DNA from: an uncultured Nitrospinaceae bacterium | GTDB taxonomy: Bacteria; UBA8248 | Direction: 5' to 3' | Assembly: GCA_964558115.1 (NCBI GenBank) | Contig: CAZLCI010000001.1 | Span: 6,336-70,335, forward strand | DNA: 64,000 bases | The notes under the pieces: generated by a model | Told to the model about the DNA's origin: nothing | Databases searched by the model: none | What the model saw: only the letters and a program-made list of their open reading frames with translations | Shown: positions 39,450 to 48,673 of the stretch, piece after piece | Layout: every line of letters starts with the position of its first letter | Position numbering within the stretch: the first letter of the stretch is position 1 | Made by a program: the position numbers and the translations under genes

Positions 39450-40472
39450 TTGGAGTTTAAGATGGTTATTGATCCTCACACGCATATTGTTCCTTCAGGT
39501 TTTTTAGAAGATGTTAGAAACAAAGCTTTTGGAGATACTGTAACCATTCAAAATGCGGATGGGAAGGAATGGATAGTTACGAAGAGTAATGTTCTTGGGA
39601 AAAGCAGGGAATTGAGAAATATTCTTACTCCGATGTATTATGAAGTTGATTTACGTTTAAAAGATATGGAGCGTATGGGAGTTAGTCGACAGATTCTGTC
39701 TGTTTCTCCGTCACTTACTTTTTATTCTCTAGACAAGTCGATTACTAATGATCTTGCTCAATCTATGAACGATGCACTAATCGAAATTTCAAATAATAAC
39801 TCTTCTGATTTTTCCTGTATGGCAACAGTTCCTCTCCAAGATCCTGAATTAGCAGCAGTAGAATTAGAACGTGCAATAAAAAACGGCCATCTTGGTGTTC
39901 AGATAGCGTCGAATGTTGCAGGCAAAAATTTGGACGATCCTAATCTGGATGTTTTTTGGCAAAAAGCACAAGATCTAGGGATTACTATATTTATCCATCC
40001 AATTGATACAATGGGTGCGGCAGATAGACTCAAGGATTTTTATTTACGTAATTTCATTGGGAATCCTCTTGATACAACTATAGCCGCTGCATGTTTGATT
40101 TTTGGAGGGGTTTTGGATCGTTTCCCAAATTTAAATTTCTTACTTTCTCATCTAGGTGGTTTTCTCCCTTGGATTCGAGGACGTTGGGAACATGGTTATG
40201 GAGAAAGAAGGGAACCAAAAGTACATGGTTCTAAGAACCCAGAAGAATATATAAATAGATTTTTTTACGATACCATAATTCATAATTCTGACTCATTTGA
40301 ATTTGCCGTAAAAACTTTGGGTTCCGAAAGAGTTGTGTATGGGACGGATTATCCAGCAGACATGGCGAATCATGAAAATTGTCGTGAAATTCCTGGAATG
40401 AGCAAATTGGAAGAGAAACAGCAGAATGAAATTTTGGTTGAGAATGTACGTAAGCTTTATCAAATTACTTGA
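39450..40472 (+). CDS. Amidohydrolase-2 (PF04909, ACMSD-like) paralog 2
   Basis: 340 aa; ~60 % identical to ORF 38428 by eye across full length (tandem duplicate). Confidence 0.75.
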   Translation: MEFKMVIDPHTHIVPSGFLEDVRNKAFGDTVTIQNADGKEWIVTKSNVLGKSRELRNILTPMYYEVDLRLKDMERMGVSRQILSVSPSLTFYSLDKSITNDLAQSMNDALIEISNNNSSDFSCMATVPLQDPELAAVELERAIKNGHLGVQIASNVAGKNLDDPNLDVFWQKAQDLGITIFIHPIDTMGAADRLKDFYLRNFIGNPLDTTIAAACLIFGGVLDRFPNLNFLLSHLGGFLPWIRGRWEHGYGERREPKVHGSKNPEEYINRFFYDTIIHNSDSFEFAVKTLGSERVVYGTDYPADMANHENCREIPGMSKLEEKQQNEILVENVRKLYQIT

Positions 40473-40546
40473 AAATAGATTTGTCTTTCGTTACTCTTTT
40501 TGTATTGATTTTAAATTTTTTTTTTAATTAAACTCGTGGGGTAAAG

Positions 40547-40828
40547 GTGTCAAAATTTGAAGTTGGAGAAGAAGTTCGAATAAAAGACACTTATTTCGAA
40601 GGTCATCATAGAACAACTGAATATGTGAAGGGCAAATCTGGAAAGATTATTCGTTATTTTGGAAATTACGAGAACCCTGAAATTCTTGCTTATGGTGGAG
40701 ACGGAAAGCCTTCCCAAGATCTGTATTGGGTTCAGTTTAATTTAAATGATCTTTGGGAACATAAACCAGGTGAGAAGAAGGATAAGTTGAATATTGAAAT
40801 CTATGACCATTGGATTGAAGCATTATAG
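40547..40828 (+). CDS. Nitrile hydratase beta-subunit C-terminal domain homolog (stand-alone, 93 aa)
   Basis: GTG start with RBS; matches only the C-terminal SH3-like half of NHase beta (EEVRIKD...GHHRTTEYVKGKSGKI...DLYWVQFNLNDLWE...IEIYDHWIE); in-frame TAA 18 nt upstream excludes a longer protein. Confidence 0.7.
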   Translation: MSKFEVGEEVRIKDTYFEGHHRTTEYVKGKSGKIIRYFGNYENPEILAYGGDGKPSQDLYWVQFNLNDLWEHKPGEKKDKLNIEIYDHWIEAL

Positions 40829-40848
40829 TTTCCTTAAGGAGAAAATAA

Positions 40849-41601
40849 ATGTCAGACAACCACCATGGAAGTGGGCATCATCATAATCATCCTCATGACA
40901 ATGAAAGTCCGTATAGTCACGATTTGTCATCGCATAATGCTCGAATGAAATCGGATGAAGCTTACATGGAAGATAAGGTTGTTCCTGTAGAGCACGATCT
41001 GGATTATTTTCAGGTACGTGTTGTTGGATTATTGAATCTTTTGAGAGAGAAGGGGATAGTAACTACTGATGAAATGCGACGTACGGTAGAGGATATATAT
41101 GCTCAAACTCCAACAACTGGTGCCAGGGTAGTTGCTCGAGCCTGGGTTGACGATGAATTTAAAGAACGTCTTCTTGCTGACGCACATTCTGCATGCGGAG
41201 AAATGGAAATAGATATAGAAGCAAGCAGTGTTACTAAATTGATAGTTGTTGAAAATACTGAAAGTTTACATTACATGGTCGTTTGTACTTTATGTTCTTG
41301 TTATCCAAGAGTACTTCTTGGACAACCTCCTACCTGGTATAAAAGTTTCCCTTACCGGTCAAAGGCAGTTACTGATCCTAGAGGTGCCTTGCTTGATTTG
41401 GGATACACTCCTCCAGAAGATATTGAATTAGTCGTTATAGATAGTAATGCCGACTGTCGATATCTTGTCATACCTCGTCGTCCAGCCGGAACAGAAGAAT
41501 TGGGAGAAGAGGCATTGTCTAGGCTCGTCACTCGTGATTCTATGATTGGTGTTGCAGATGCATTGACACCGGAAGAATATGAGAAGGTAGCGTTCGATTA
41601 A
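40849..41601 (+). CDS. Cobalt-type nitrile hydratase alpha subunit with His-rich N-terminal extension
   Basis: 250 aa; VVCTLCSCYPRVLLGQPPTWYKS metal-claw (Thr/Tyr = Co type), RYLVIPRRPAGTEELGEEALSRLVTRDSMIGV; first ~30 aa MSDNHHGSGHHHNHPHDNESPYSHDLSSH. Confidence 0.85.
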   Translation: MSDNHHGSGHHHNHPHDNESPYSHDLSSHNARMKSDEAYMEDKVVPVEHDLDYFQVRVVGLLNLLREKGIVTTDEMRRTVEDIYAQTPTTGARVVARAWVDDEFKERLLADAHSACGEMEIDIEASSVTKLIVVENTESLHYMVVCTLCSCYPRVLLGQPPTWYKSFPYRSKAVTDPRGALLDLGYTPPEDIELVVIDSNADCRYLVIPRRPAGTEELGEEALSRLVTRDSMIGVADALTPEEYEKVAFD

Positions 41602-42857
41602 TTAGTTTTCTTCTGTGTAGATAAAATTAATGCAGAAACTCCTGATATGATAAACATTAATGAAGCGATAGAAAATCCCCAATAGTAATTCAAGTGTATA
41701 TCATAAAGGAAGCCGGTGAACCATGCCCCAAATCCGCCAAAAATGGCAAAAAGACACATTGCGATACCATTTGTCTTGCCAAATTTTTCACCTGAAAAAT
41801 GGTCTGCCATTATTGCTGATGCAGTTGAACGTATAAGACCGAGAGCTATACCGTTTGTAATAGTTAATAAGTAAATTGACCATGGTGCGAAAGTAATATT
41901 GTATTTTCCTATCACGAACATTGAGATTACTCCGAGCAAACTACCTGTTAAAAACGTAGGAGTTCTTCCGTAGTAATCTGAAATTGAACTAATCAAATAG
42001 CCTACGATTAAAGATGCACCCCAGGTTGCAAAAATTCCTGCAGAAGAAAGATTCGTTATTCCGTGATCTGTCAAATGAGCAGGAAAGTGAACTAAGAGAA
42101 CAGTAAAAACATAAGCAATAGGCAGAAATAAAAATAAAAAAAGATAAAAACGAAATGAAAAAAAATTAACGGGGTCATTATGAATGTTTTTTGGAAAAGA
42201 TTTTTCTTTTTTTGTATGTTTTTTCTCTAAATGTAAAAAAGGGTGATCGGCAACCGTATTTTTTTGTTCAGGAAGATCACGATGGAATATTGCTGCGAGA
42301 GGAAGTGTAATGAATAGAATCAAAACAGAAAAAAAAACGTAACTCATTCTCCAGCCAAGAGCAAGAATGAGAATTGGCGTAAAAAAATTTAATATAAATG
42401 CAGTACCTTGAGCGGAACTAGAAATACCTAGAGCAAGTCCTCTTTTAGTAATAAACCAGTTAGAAAGAGTTGGTACTTGCGCAACCCAAGTACTTGATGC
42501 AAATCCAATATTCATAAGAAAGTAAGTTAGATAAAAGAAAGTAAGACTATTTATTTGACTTCCCAACAAGAGAGAAAGTCCGAAAACAGCAATTCCTGCA
42601 GACATTGTTAAACGTATACTTAATCTGTCAGAAATCCATCCAGAAAAAAGAGAGCAGACTGATTGTGCAAACATTCCAATTGAAAATGCAGCTGCAGTTT
42701 CAGCACGTGACCACGAAAATTCGTTTGAAATATCTTTAAAGAAAAAACCAAAACTTGAACGTGTTCCTATGAGTGAGAGCATTACAAAATAAACAATCGA
42801 AAGCACGATCCATCCATACCATATTTTATTTTGGTTTTTTTGTATTTTTAGTTTCAA
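41598..42857 (-). CDS. MFS family transporter
   Basis: 419 aa; 12 TM helices, central cytoplasmic loop. Confidence 0.65.
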   Translation of the reverse strand: MKLKIQKNQNKIWYGWIVLSIVYFVMLSLIGTRSSFGFFFKDISNEFSWSRAETAAAFSIGMFAQSVCSLFSGWISDRLSIRLTMSAGIAVFGLSLLLGSQINSLTFFYLTYFLMNIGFASSTWVAQVPTLSNWFITKRGLALGISSSAQGTAFILNFFTPILILALGWRMSYVFFSVLILFITLPLAAIFHRDLPEQKNTVADHPFLHLEKKHTKKEKSFPKNIHNDPVNFFSFRFYLFLFLFLPIAYVFTVLLVHFPAHLTDHGITNLSSAGIFATWGASLIVGYLISSISDYYGRTPTFLTGSLLGVISMFVIGKYNITFAPWSIYLLTITNGIALGLIRSTASAIMADHFSGEKFGKTNGIAMCLFAIFGGFGAWFTGFLYDIHLNYYWGFSIASLMFIISGVSALILSTQKKTN

Positions 42858-42881
42858 TTATGATTACCTACTAGGAGTATT

Positions 42882-43205
42882 TTAGTTTTCCCAAAAGGAA
42901 TAGCCAGAAAAAGTTTTTTCTACTCTGTTCAATGCAGCTTTAGATAAACGTACCCCTTCAATTTCTACTTCGTGAATTTCAGGATGTTGCAATAACCTTT
43001 GTCTTACACCGAGTGCATAGGTAACACTTTTTAAAGGACATCCAAGACAAGCACCCTCAAAGGCAAGTTGAACAGTTTTATCATCTTTTATTTTAACAAA
43101 GCGTATACCACCGCCATGTATTTTTAAAAGTGGTTTGATTTGTGTTTCGATCAAGTCATTAATGTCTTTTTCTAATTCATGTTCTTTCATAAAAAAATAT
43201 ACCAT
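42882..43205 (-). CDS. NifU-like (Nfu-type) Fe-S cluster scaffold domain protein
   Basis: 107 aa; ...HGGGIRFVKI...AFEGACLGCP CxxC motif of Nfu C-terminal domain. Confidence 0.65.
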   Translation of the reverse strand: MVYFFMKEHELEKDINDLIETQIKPLLKIHGGGIRFVKIKDDKTVQLAFEGACLGCPLKSVTYALGVRQRLLQHPEIHEVEIEGVRLSKAALNRVEKTFSGYSFWEN

Positions 43206-43206
43206 T

Positions 43207-44226
43207 TTATTTTTTGATAAATTCTTTTTTCTTAGATTCCAGATCTATATCGAATAATCTTGCTTGGTTCTCTGCTAAAATATTTCTTTTGTCTTCTTCT
43301 GTAATTTCTGGATAACCGTAATCCTCTTGAAGTTGTTCGTCAATTTTCATGTTCCATATCCAATCTAGGATAGGTCTTGGATTTCCAAGAAGTGGTGCTT
43401 CTGAACCCCACAGAATTCGATCAGAACCTACATCTCTTAGTAGCCTTCCTATCCACTCTTTAAAAGTTCTTGGTGCGACCATAGGAGTATGGCCTATGCC
43501 TGAAAGAACTAAGAAAACATTTGGGTATCTAGAGGCAATCCAGACGGTTTCTTCAAAATATGGGACGGCTAGATGATGTATTCCAAAAGATAAATCCGGA
43601 AAATCCATCGCAGCTCTTTCAATATCTAGAGGAGAAAGGTCCCTTAAACTAGCTCTCGTAATTGGATTGCCTTTATGGAACTGAAAAATTTTCATTCCAA
43701 GTTCAAGACCTTTTTCATATAGAGGATAGGCAATTTCTGGATCATCACATGCCCAAGACTTTCCATCTACATGAGCATTGTATATTTTAATTGATTTTGC
43801 TCCCATTTCTTTAACCTGTTCTTCCATTTGTTCCAGTGCTCCCTCTAAACTTGGGTACATAGGATCAACTGCGCCACAAAATAAAACTCTTTCTGGAAAG
43901 GCTTTTGAAAATTCATACTGTGCTTTCACGGGAGCGAAACCATCTTTGTAAAGATCAAATAAAGGAACTGCTTGGGCCATTGCCATATCTGTTCCAGAAT
44001 CCTCAAAAAGCAATTTGCCAAGGTCTTCGGAAGTCCATTTCCTAGCAAAGCCTTGAATTGGATCCCAGGAAGAGTAAATATCGTTTTCTGATCTTTGTCT
44101 TCGACCAAGAACTTTATTTAGATGATATTGTCTATCAAAATCACTCTCTTTTGATTTTAAGTTTTCGTCAGAATAGTCGTACATATGAACAACGTTATCG
44201 AAAATGAATACGTCTTTCTCTATCAT
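43207..44226 (-). CDS. Amidohydrolase-2 (PF04909)-like metal-dependent hydrolase
   Basis: 339 aa; FIFDNVVHMY N-term, FGIHHLAVP, ILWGSEAPL C-terminal motif; distant from the tandem pair. Confidence 0.5.
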   Translation of the reverse strand: MIEKDVFIFDNVVHMYDYSDENLKSKESDFDRQYHLNKVLGRRQRSENDIYSSWDPIQGFARKWTSEDLGKLLFEDSGTDMAMAQAVPLFDLYKDGFAPVKAQYEFSKAFPERVLFCGAVDPMYPSLEGALEQMEEQVKEMGAKSIKIYNAHVDGKSWACDDPEIAYPLYEKGLELGMKIFQFHKGNPITRASLRDLSPLDIERAAMDFPDLSFGIHHLAVPYFEETVWIASRYPNVFLVLSGIGHTPMVAPRTFKEWIGRLLRDVGSDRILWGSEAPLLGNPRPILDWIWNMKIDEQLQEDYGYPEITEEDKRNILAENQARLFDIDLESKKKEFIKK

Positions 44227-44367
44227 TATTACTCTCCAATATAGGATTTTTATTGATCGTATAACATAGTGAGTTTGAACTCAAAGTTAATTTTTAAGAG
44301 AAAGAAGAAACACTTTTTTGAAATCCTAGGTATAATCTTTTCGTTTTCTCTTTAAATAATTTTTGGT

Positions 44368-45249
44368 GTGGGGTTTTTTTTGGACTGGATCGCCTTATCT
44401 CTTGTTTCTGCAATGGCTCAAGTGTTGAGAAATGTGTCTATGAAATCCATTGGACATAATCTTGATGAATATATAAATGTCTTAGGTCGATTTTTTATGA
44501 CATTGCCATTTGCAGGATTAGTTCTCTATTTAACGGGTATTCCTAAAATCCATTCTGATTTTTATATTGCTTGTAGCATCTTTGCAGTGTCCCAGACTAT
44601 TGCCACACTTGCACTGTCGAAAGCGCTATTATATGGGAAAATTGGTGCGGTAACAGCACTTTGGAAGATTTCAATTGTATGGCTGATGTTGCTTGAATAT
44701 TTTACTGCTGACGATACCCCTTCTTTCTTTGGTATTACTGGTATACTAATTACTCTTTTAGGAGTTTATTTTCTTAATGTCTCAAGATCAAAAATATCAT
44801 TTTGGGAGCCATTGAGAATACTTTTTAAAGATAAAGGAATGAGATACGCTTTAATTTCATCAATAATGTTTGCACCTTCAGCGCTTACTTTTAAATGGGC
44901 AGCTGTTTCTTCAAGTGGTCCTATGGGAACATTTGGTACGTATGTAGCGGCATTTGTTTTTACTTTACCTATAGTGTTTTATAAATCTAAATCAGATTTA
45001 TCAAAGATCTCTTCTTCTTGGAAAGATTTTTTGGCATTAGGTTTTTTTGCTGCTCTTAACAGCTTGATTCTTGCAGAAGCATATCAAATGACTTTTGCAT
45101 CATATGTAGAATCTATTAGGCAGACAGAAGTTTTGCTTGCTATATTTATTGGGTATGTTTTTTTAAAAGAAAAGGAACGTTTTTGGGAAGTTTTTTTTGG
45201 TGGTTCAATAATTATATCTGGGCTTGTGATCTTGATTCTGTTAGGTTAA
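44368..45249 (+). CDS. DMT/EamA-like integral membrane protein
   Basis: 293 aa; ~10 TM helices in two 5-TM halves. Confidence 0.45.
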   Translation: MGFFLDWIALSLVSAMAQVLRNVSMKSIGHNLDEYINVLGRFFMTLPFAGLVLYLTGIPKIHSDFYIACSIFAVSQTIATLALSKALLYGKIGAVTALWKISIVWLMLLEYFTADDTPSFFGITGILITLLGVYFLNVSRSKISFWEPLRILFKDKGMRYALISSIMFAPSALTFKWAAVSSSGPMGTFGTYVAAFVFTLPIVFYKSKSDLSKISSSWKDFLALGFFAALNSLILAEAYQMTFASYVESIRQTEVLLAIFIGYVFLKEKERFWEVFFGGSIIISGLVILILLG

Positions 45250-45261
45250 TTCAGGTAAATG

Positions 45262-45291
45262 TTGACACTTGCCCCCCACGATCCCTAATAT
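45262..45291 (+). promoter_or_regulatory. Sigma70-like promoter for nuo operon 1 (TTGACA-18-TAATAT)
   Basis: ttgaca at 45262..45267, taatat at 45286..45291, 18-nt spacer, ~60 nt upstream of nuoA. Confidence 0.45.
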
Positions 45292-45350
45292 GCTCCTGAG
45301 ATTTACAGATTTTGTTTTTTTATATTAATTTTAAGTTTTAGAGGTTTAAT

Positions 45351-45707
45351 TTGTCTCAAGATTTTCTGCCTATTTTTATGATGATTGGATTAGCGACTTG
45401 TTTTGCTTTTTTGAATATTTGTATAACTTTTTTGTTTGGTAAGAGAACTCCTTCAAACAAAAAGAATGTAGCTTATGAATGTGGAATTATTCCTGAAACG
45501 AGTGCGAGAGGACGCTTTTCGATACAGTTCTTTTTGGTAGCAATCCTTTTTATTGTTTTTGATGTTGAAATAATTTTTTTATATCCATGGGCTGTTAATC
45601 TGAAAAGTCTTGGGGTTTTTGGTTTTGTGGCAGTTATGCCTTTTGTTTTCTTGCTTTTTGCAAGTTTAATTTATGAGTGGAAAAGAGGGGCTTTAGATTG
45701 GGATTAG
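45351..45707 (+). CDS. nuoA: NADH-quinone oxidoreductase subunit A
   Basis: 118 aa; YECGIIPE...[12 protein letters not shown] conserved NuoA core. Confidence 0.9.
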   Translation: MSQDFLPIFMMIGLATCFAFLNICITFLFGKRTPSNKKNVAYECGIIPETSARGRFSIQFFLVAILFIVFDVEIIFLYPWAVNLKSLGVFGFVAVMPFVFLLFASLIYEWKRGALDWD

Positions 45708-46186
45708 AAGAAAAACTGGAAGGTAGTGTTGTTCTAGGCAGGATATCTGACGCAATAAAATGGGCTAGAAAAAATAGTCTTTGGCCTGCACTTTTTGGTC
45801 TTGCATGTTGTGCTATAGAAATGATGTCTACTTCTGCTTCAAAATATGATATTTCTCGATTTGGAGCGGAGGTTTTTCGTGCTTCTCCTAGACAAGCAGA
45901 TTTAATGATTGTGGCGGGTAGAGTGTCAAAAAAAATGGCGCCGGTTTTAAGGCAGATTTATGATCAAATGCCAGAACCAAAATGGGTAATTTCCATGGGC
46001 GCATGCGCTTCAACCGGAGGTGTTTTTAATAATTATGCTCTCGTTCAAGGAGTAGATGAAGTAGTGCCCGTTGACATTTATGTGCCTGGTTGTCCTCCTA
46101 GGCCAGAGACACTTATAGACGGGATTTTAAAACTTCAAAAGAAAATTGAGGCGGAAGGTCTTGTTAGGAATAAAATCCTCAGTTGA
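45677..46186 (+). CDS. nuoB: NADH-quinone oxidoreductase subunit B (GTG at 45677, or TTG at 45698 giving MGLEEKLEG)
   Basis: [23 protein letters not shown] cluster-N2 ligands. Confidence 0.9.
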   Translation: MEKRGFRLGLEEKLEGSVVLGRISDAIKWARKNSLWPALFGLACCAIEMMSTSASKYDISRFGAEVFRASPRQADLMIVAGRVSKKMAPVLRQIYDQMPEPKWVISMGACASTGGVFNNYALVQGVDEVVPVDIYVPGCPPRPETLIDGILKLQKKIEAEGLVRNKILS

Positions 46187-46222
46187 TTTCCATTTTTAGG
46201 TGAAAGATACAAAGGGTAAAAG

Positions 46223-46783
46223 ATGCAGAGTGAAATTGAAGATGAAGGTATGACTGTTGAAAATATTTTAGATCACGACGAAGATGTTATTGCTTTAAAA
46301 AAAAATTTTCATGATTCAAATCTTCTTTTTTTTAAATATTTAGATCAAATTACTGTTCAGATTTCTCCTTCTCAGATTCTCAGTGTTTCAAAATTTTTGT
46401 TAAAAGAAAGAAATTTTAAGCAACTCAGTTTTCTAGCTGGTGTGGATTGTCTTGAACTAAATCAAGAATATAGATTTAAAGTTGTGTACTCACTTCTTGA
46501 TTTTGAAAGGAGTAAACGAATTCGTTTAGAGGTCATTTGTGAAAGTGATTTAATACCTAGTGTGCCTAGTGTTTGTTCTGTTTGGGCTGGCGCAAATTAT
46601 CATGAGTCAGAAGCTTTTGATTTAGTTGGCATTCATTTTGAAGGGCATCCAAATTTAGAAAGAATTTTTACTCCCGAAGAATTTGAGGGTTTCCCACATC
46701 GCAAAGATTTTGATGTATCGTCTGAAACAGTAGAGTTTAGTTTTCGTCCTACTCCTGATGGTAAGCCTTCTGCTAAAGAATAA
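46223..46783 (+). CDS. nuoC: NADH-quinone oxidoreductase subunit C
   Basis: 186 aa; ESEAFDLVGIHFEGHPNLERI 30-kDa subunit motif. Confidence 0.85.
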   Translation: MQSEIEDEGMTVENILDHDEDVIALKKNFHDSNLLFFKYLDQITVQISPSQILSVSKFLLKERNFKQLSFLAGVDCLELNQEYRFKVVYSLLDFERSKRIRLEVICESDLIPSVPSVCSVWAGANYHESEAFDLVGIHFEGHPNLERIFTPEEFEGFPHRKDFDVSSETVEFSFRPTPDGKPSAKE

Positions 46784-46809
46784 GTTTAAATTAAAGAGAT
46801 TACATAATT

Positions 46810-48033
46810 ATGTCCACAGAATTAGAAAAAGAACAAAATTATAGCGGAGAGACTCTAGGACCAATTGGTACGGAGAGAATGACTCTTAATATGGGTCCAC
46901 AACATCCTTCTACTCACGGTGTTTTGAGAGTGTCTTTAGAATTAGAGGGTGAAACCGTTAAATCTTGTAAGCCTGTAATTGGATATCTTCATACAGGTAT
47001 AGAAAAAAATATGGAGGTTAAGACTTTTAATAAAGCATTGCCTATGACAGATAGGATGGATTATCTCGCACCCATGTCAAATAACTTAGGGTATGTGCTT
47101 ACAGTAGAGAAACTTCTTGGTATTGAAATTACTCGAAGGTGTTCTTATCTGCGAGTTTTGTTAGTAGAACTTACTAGATTAAATAGTCATCTTGTTTGGT
47201 TAGGCACACATGCTCTAGATTTAGGTGCGATGACCGTTTTTCTTTATTGTTTTCGAGAAAGAGAAAAACTCTTAAAGATTTTTGAAAAAGTTTCAGGTGT
47301 TCGTATGATGACAAGTTATTTTAGGGTTGGTGGAGTCGCAAGAGAACCTTACCCCGAATTTTACTCTGATTGTGAAGTCTTTTTGAAAGATTTTATTAGT
47401 AGAGTTAATGATTATGAAGAATTACTTACTGACAACCCTATTTTTAGAAGGCGAACAGAAGGCGTTTGTCCAATCACGAAAGAGAAGGCAATTGCTCTTG
47501 GAATTACAGGTCCTATACTTAGAGCTTGTGGAGTCTCTTATGATATAAGAAAAAAAGAACCATATTCTTGTTATCAGGAGTTTGACTTTAGTGTTCCGGT
47601 CGGGAAAAATGGCGATGTTTTCGATCGATATTCAGTTCGTATTTCGGAAATGCGTGAATCTCAGAAAATTGCTACTCAAGCTCTAAAGGGTATGCCAGAA
47701 GGACCTCTAATGTCAGACGCTCCTAAAGTTGTTCCTGCTCCTAAGGAACAACTGTCTCATGATATGGAGGCTTTAATTCATCATTTTAAGATATTTACTG
47801 AGGGTTATGATGTGCCGGCTGGTGAGGTGTATCAAGTTATTGAGTCTCCTCGCGGGGAACTAGGTTATTTTATAATAAGTGATGGGAGCACAAAACCATA
47901 TAAAGTAAAAGTAAGAGCCCCAAGTTTTGCAAATTTACATTCTCTGTCTGAGATTACTTCAGAATGTTTAATAGGTGATGTAGTTGCTGCGATAGGAAGT
48001 ATTGATATTGTTTTAGGTGAAATTGATCGTTAA
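46810..48033 (+). CDS. nuoD: NADH-quinone oxidoreductase subunit D
   Basis: 407 aa; MTLNMGPQHPSTHGVLR ... VLGEIDR 49-kDa signature. Confidence 0.9.
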   Translation: MSTELEKEQNYSGETLGPIGTERMTLNMGPQHPSTHGVLRVSLELEGETVKSCKPVIGYLHTGIEKNMEVKTFNKALPMTDRMDYLAPMSNNLGYVLTVEKLLGIEITRRCSYLRVLLVELTRLNSHLVWLGTHALDLGAMTVFLYCFREREKLLKIFEKVSGVRMMTSYFRVGGVAREPYPEFYSDCEVFLKDFISRVNDYEELLTDNPIFRRRTEGVCPITKEKAIALGITGPILRACGVSYDIRKKEPYSCYQEFDFSVPVGKNGDVFDRYSVRISEMRESQKIATQALKGMPEGPLMSDAPKVVPAPKEQLSHDMEALIHHFKIFTEGYDVPAGEVYQVIESPRGELGYFIISDGSTKPYKVKVRAPSFANLHSLSEITSECLIGDVVAAIGSIDIVLGEIDR

Positions 48034-48052
48034 ATTTAAGGAGTAATTCCGC

Positions 48053-48652
48053 TTGGTTTTTGCACACTTTCCAAATTCTTCAGATGAAGAAGATTTTGAA
48101 TTTTCAGACGAAAATAAAGAAGAGCTTGAAAGGATTGTTAAAAAATATCCTGTGAAACGTTCTGCTCTCATTCCTGCATTGATACTTATTCAAAAACAGG
48201 AGGGAAAAATTTCAAGTAAAGCTATGCAGTATCTTGCGAGTTATTTTGAGACCTCTGCAATGGAAATTTGGAGCGTAGTTAGTTTTTATACGATGTTGAA
48301 AACTAAGGATATGGGCGAGTTTCATTTTCAAGTTTGTGATAATTTGTCTTGCGCATTACTGGGAGCAGGAAAATTAATTAATTTTCTAGAAAAACGCTTG
48401 GATTGCCCTTCGGGAAAAACTCGTTCAGATAAAAAATTTTCTATAGAAAGAGTCGAATGTCTTGGTGCATGTGGAGGTGCCCCTTGTTTAATTATCAATA
48501 CTGATTATTTTGAAAATTTGACAGAAGAAATTTTAGAACCAATTATAGTTTCTTTAGAGAAAGGTGAAATCGTTTCTCCTATAGGAGCGGATGAAGTTGC
48601 TTTAAATTTGACAAAAGAGAGTTCCTTAGCTTCAGGTGAAAATAAAATATAG
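48053..48652 (+). CDS. nuoE: NADH-quinone oxidoreductase subunit E (2Fe-2S)
   Basis: 199 aa; CDNLSC...CLGACGGAP thioredoxin-like [2Fe-2S] ligands. Confidence 0.85.
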   Translation: MVFAHFPNSSDEEDFEFSDENKEELERIVKKYPVKRSALIPALILIQKQEGKISSKAMQYLASYFETSAMEIWSVVSFYTMLKTKDMGEFHFQVCDNLSCALLGAGKLINFLEKRLDCPSGKTRSDKKFSIERVECLGACGGAPCLIINTDYFENLTEEILEPIIVSLEKGEIVSPIGADEVALNLTKESSLASGENKI

Positions 48653-48673
48653 ACTATTTCAGAATGATTTTTT

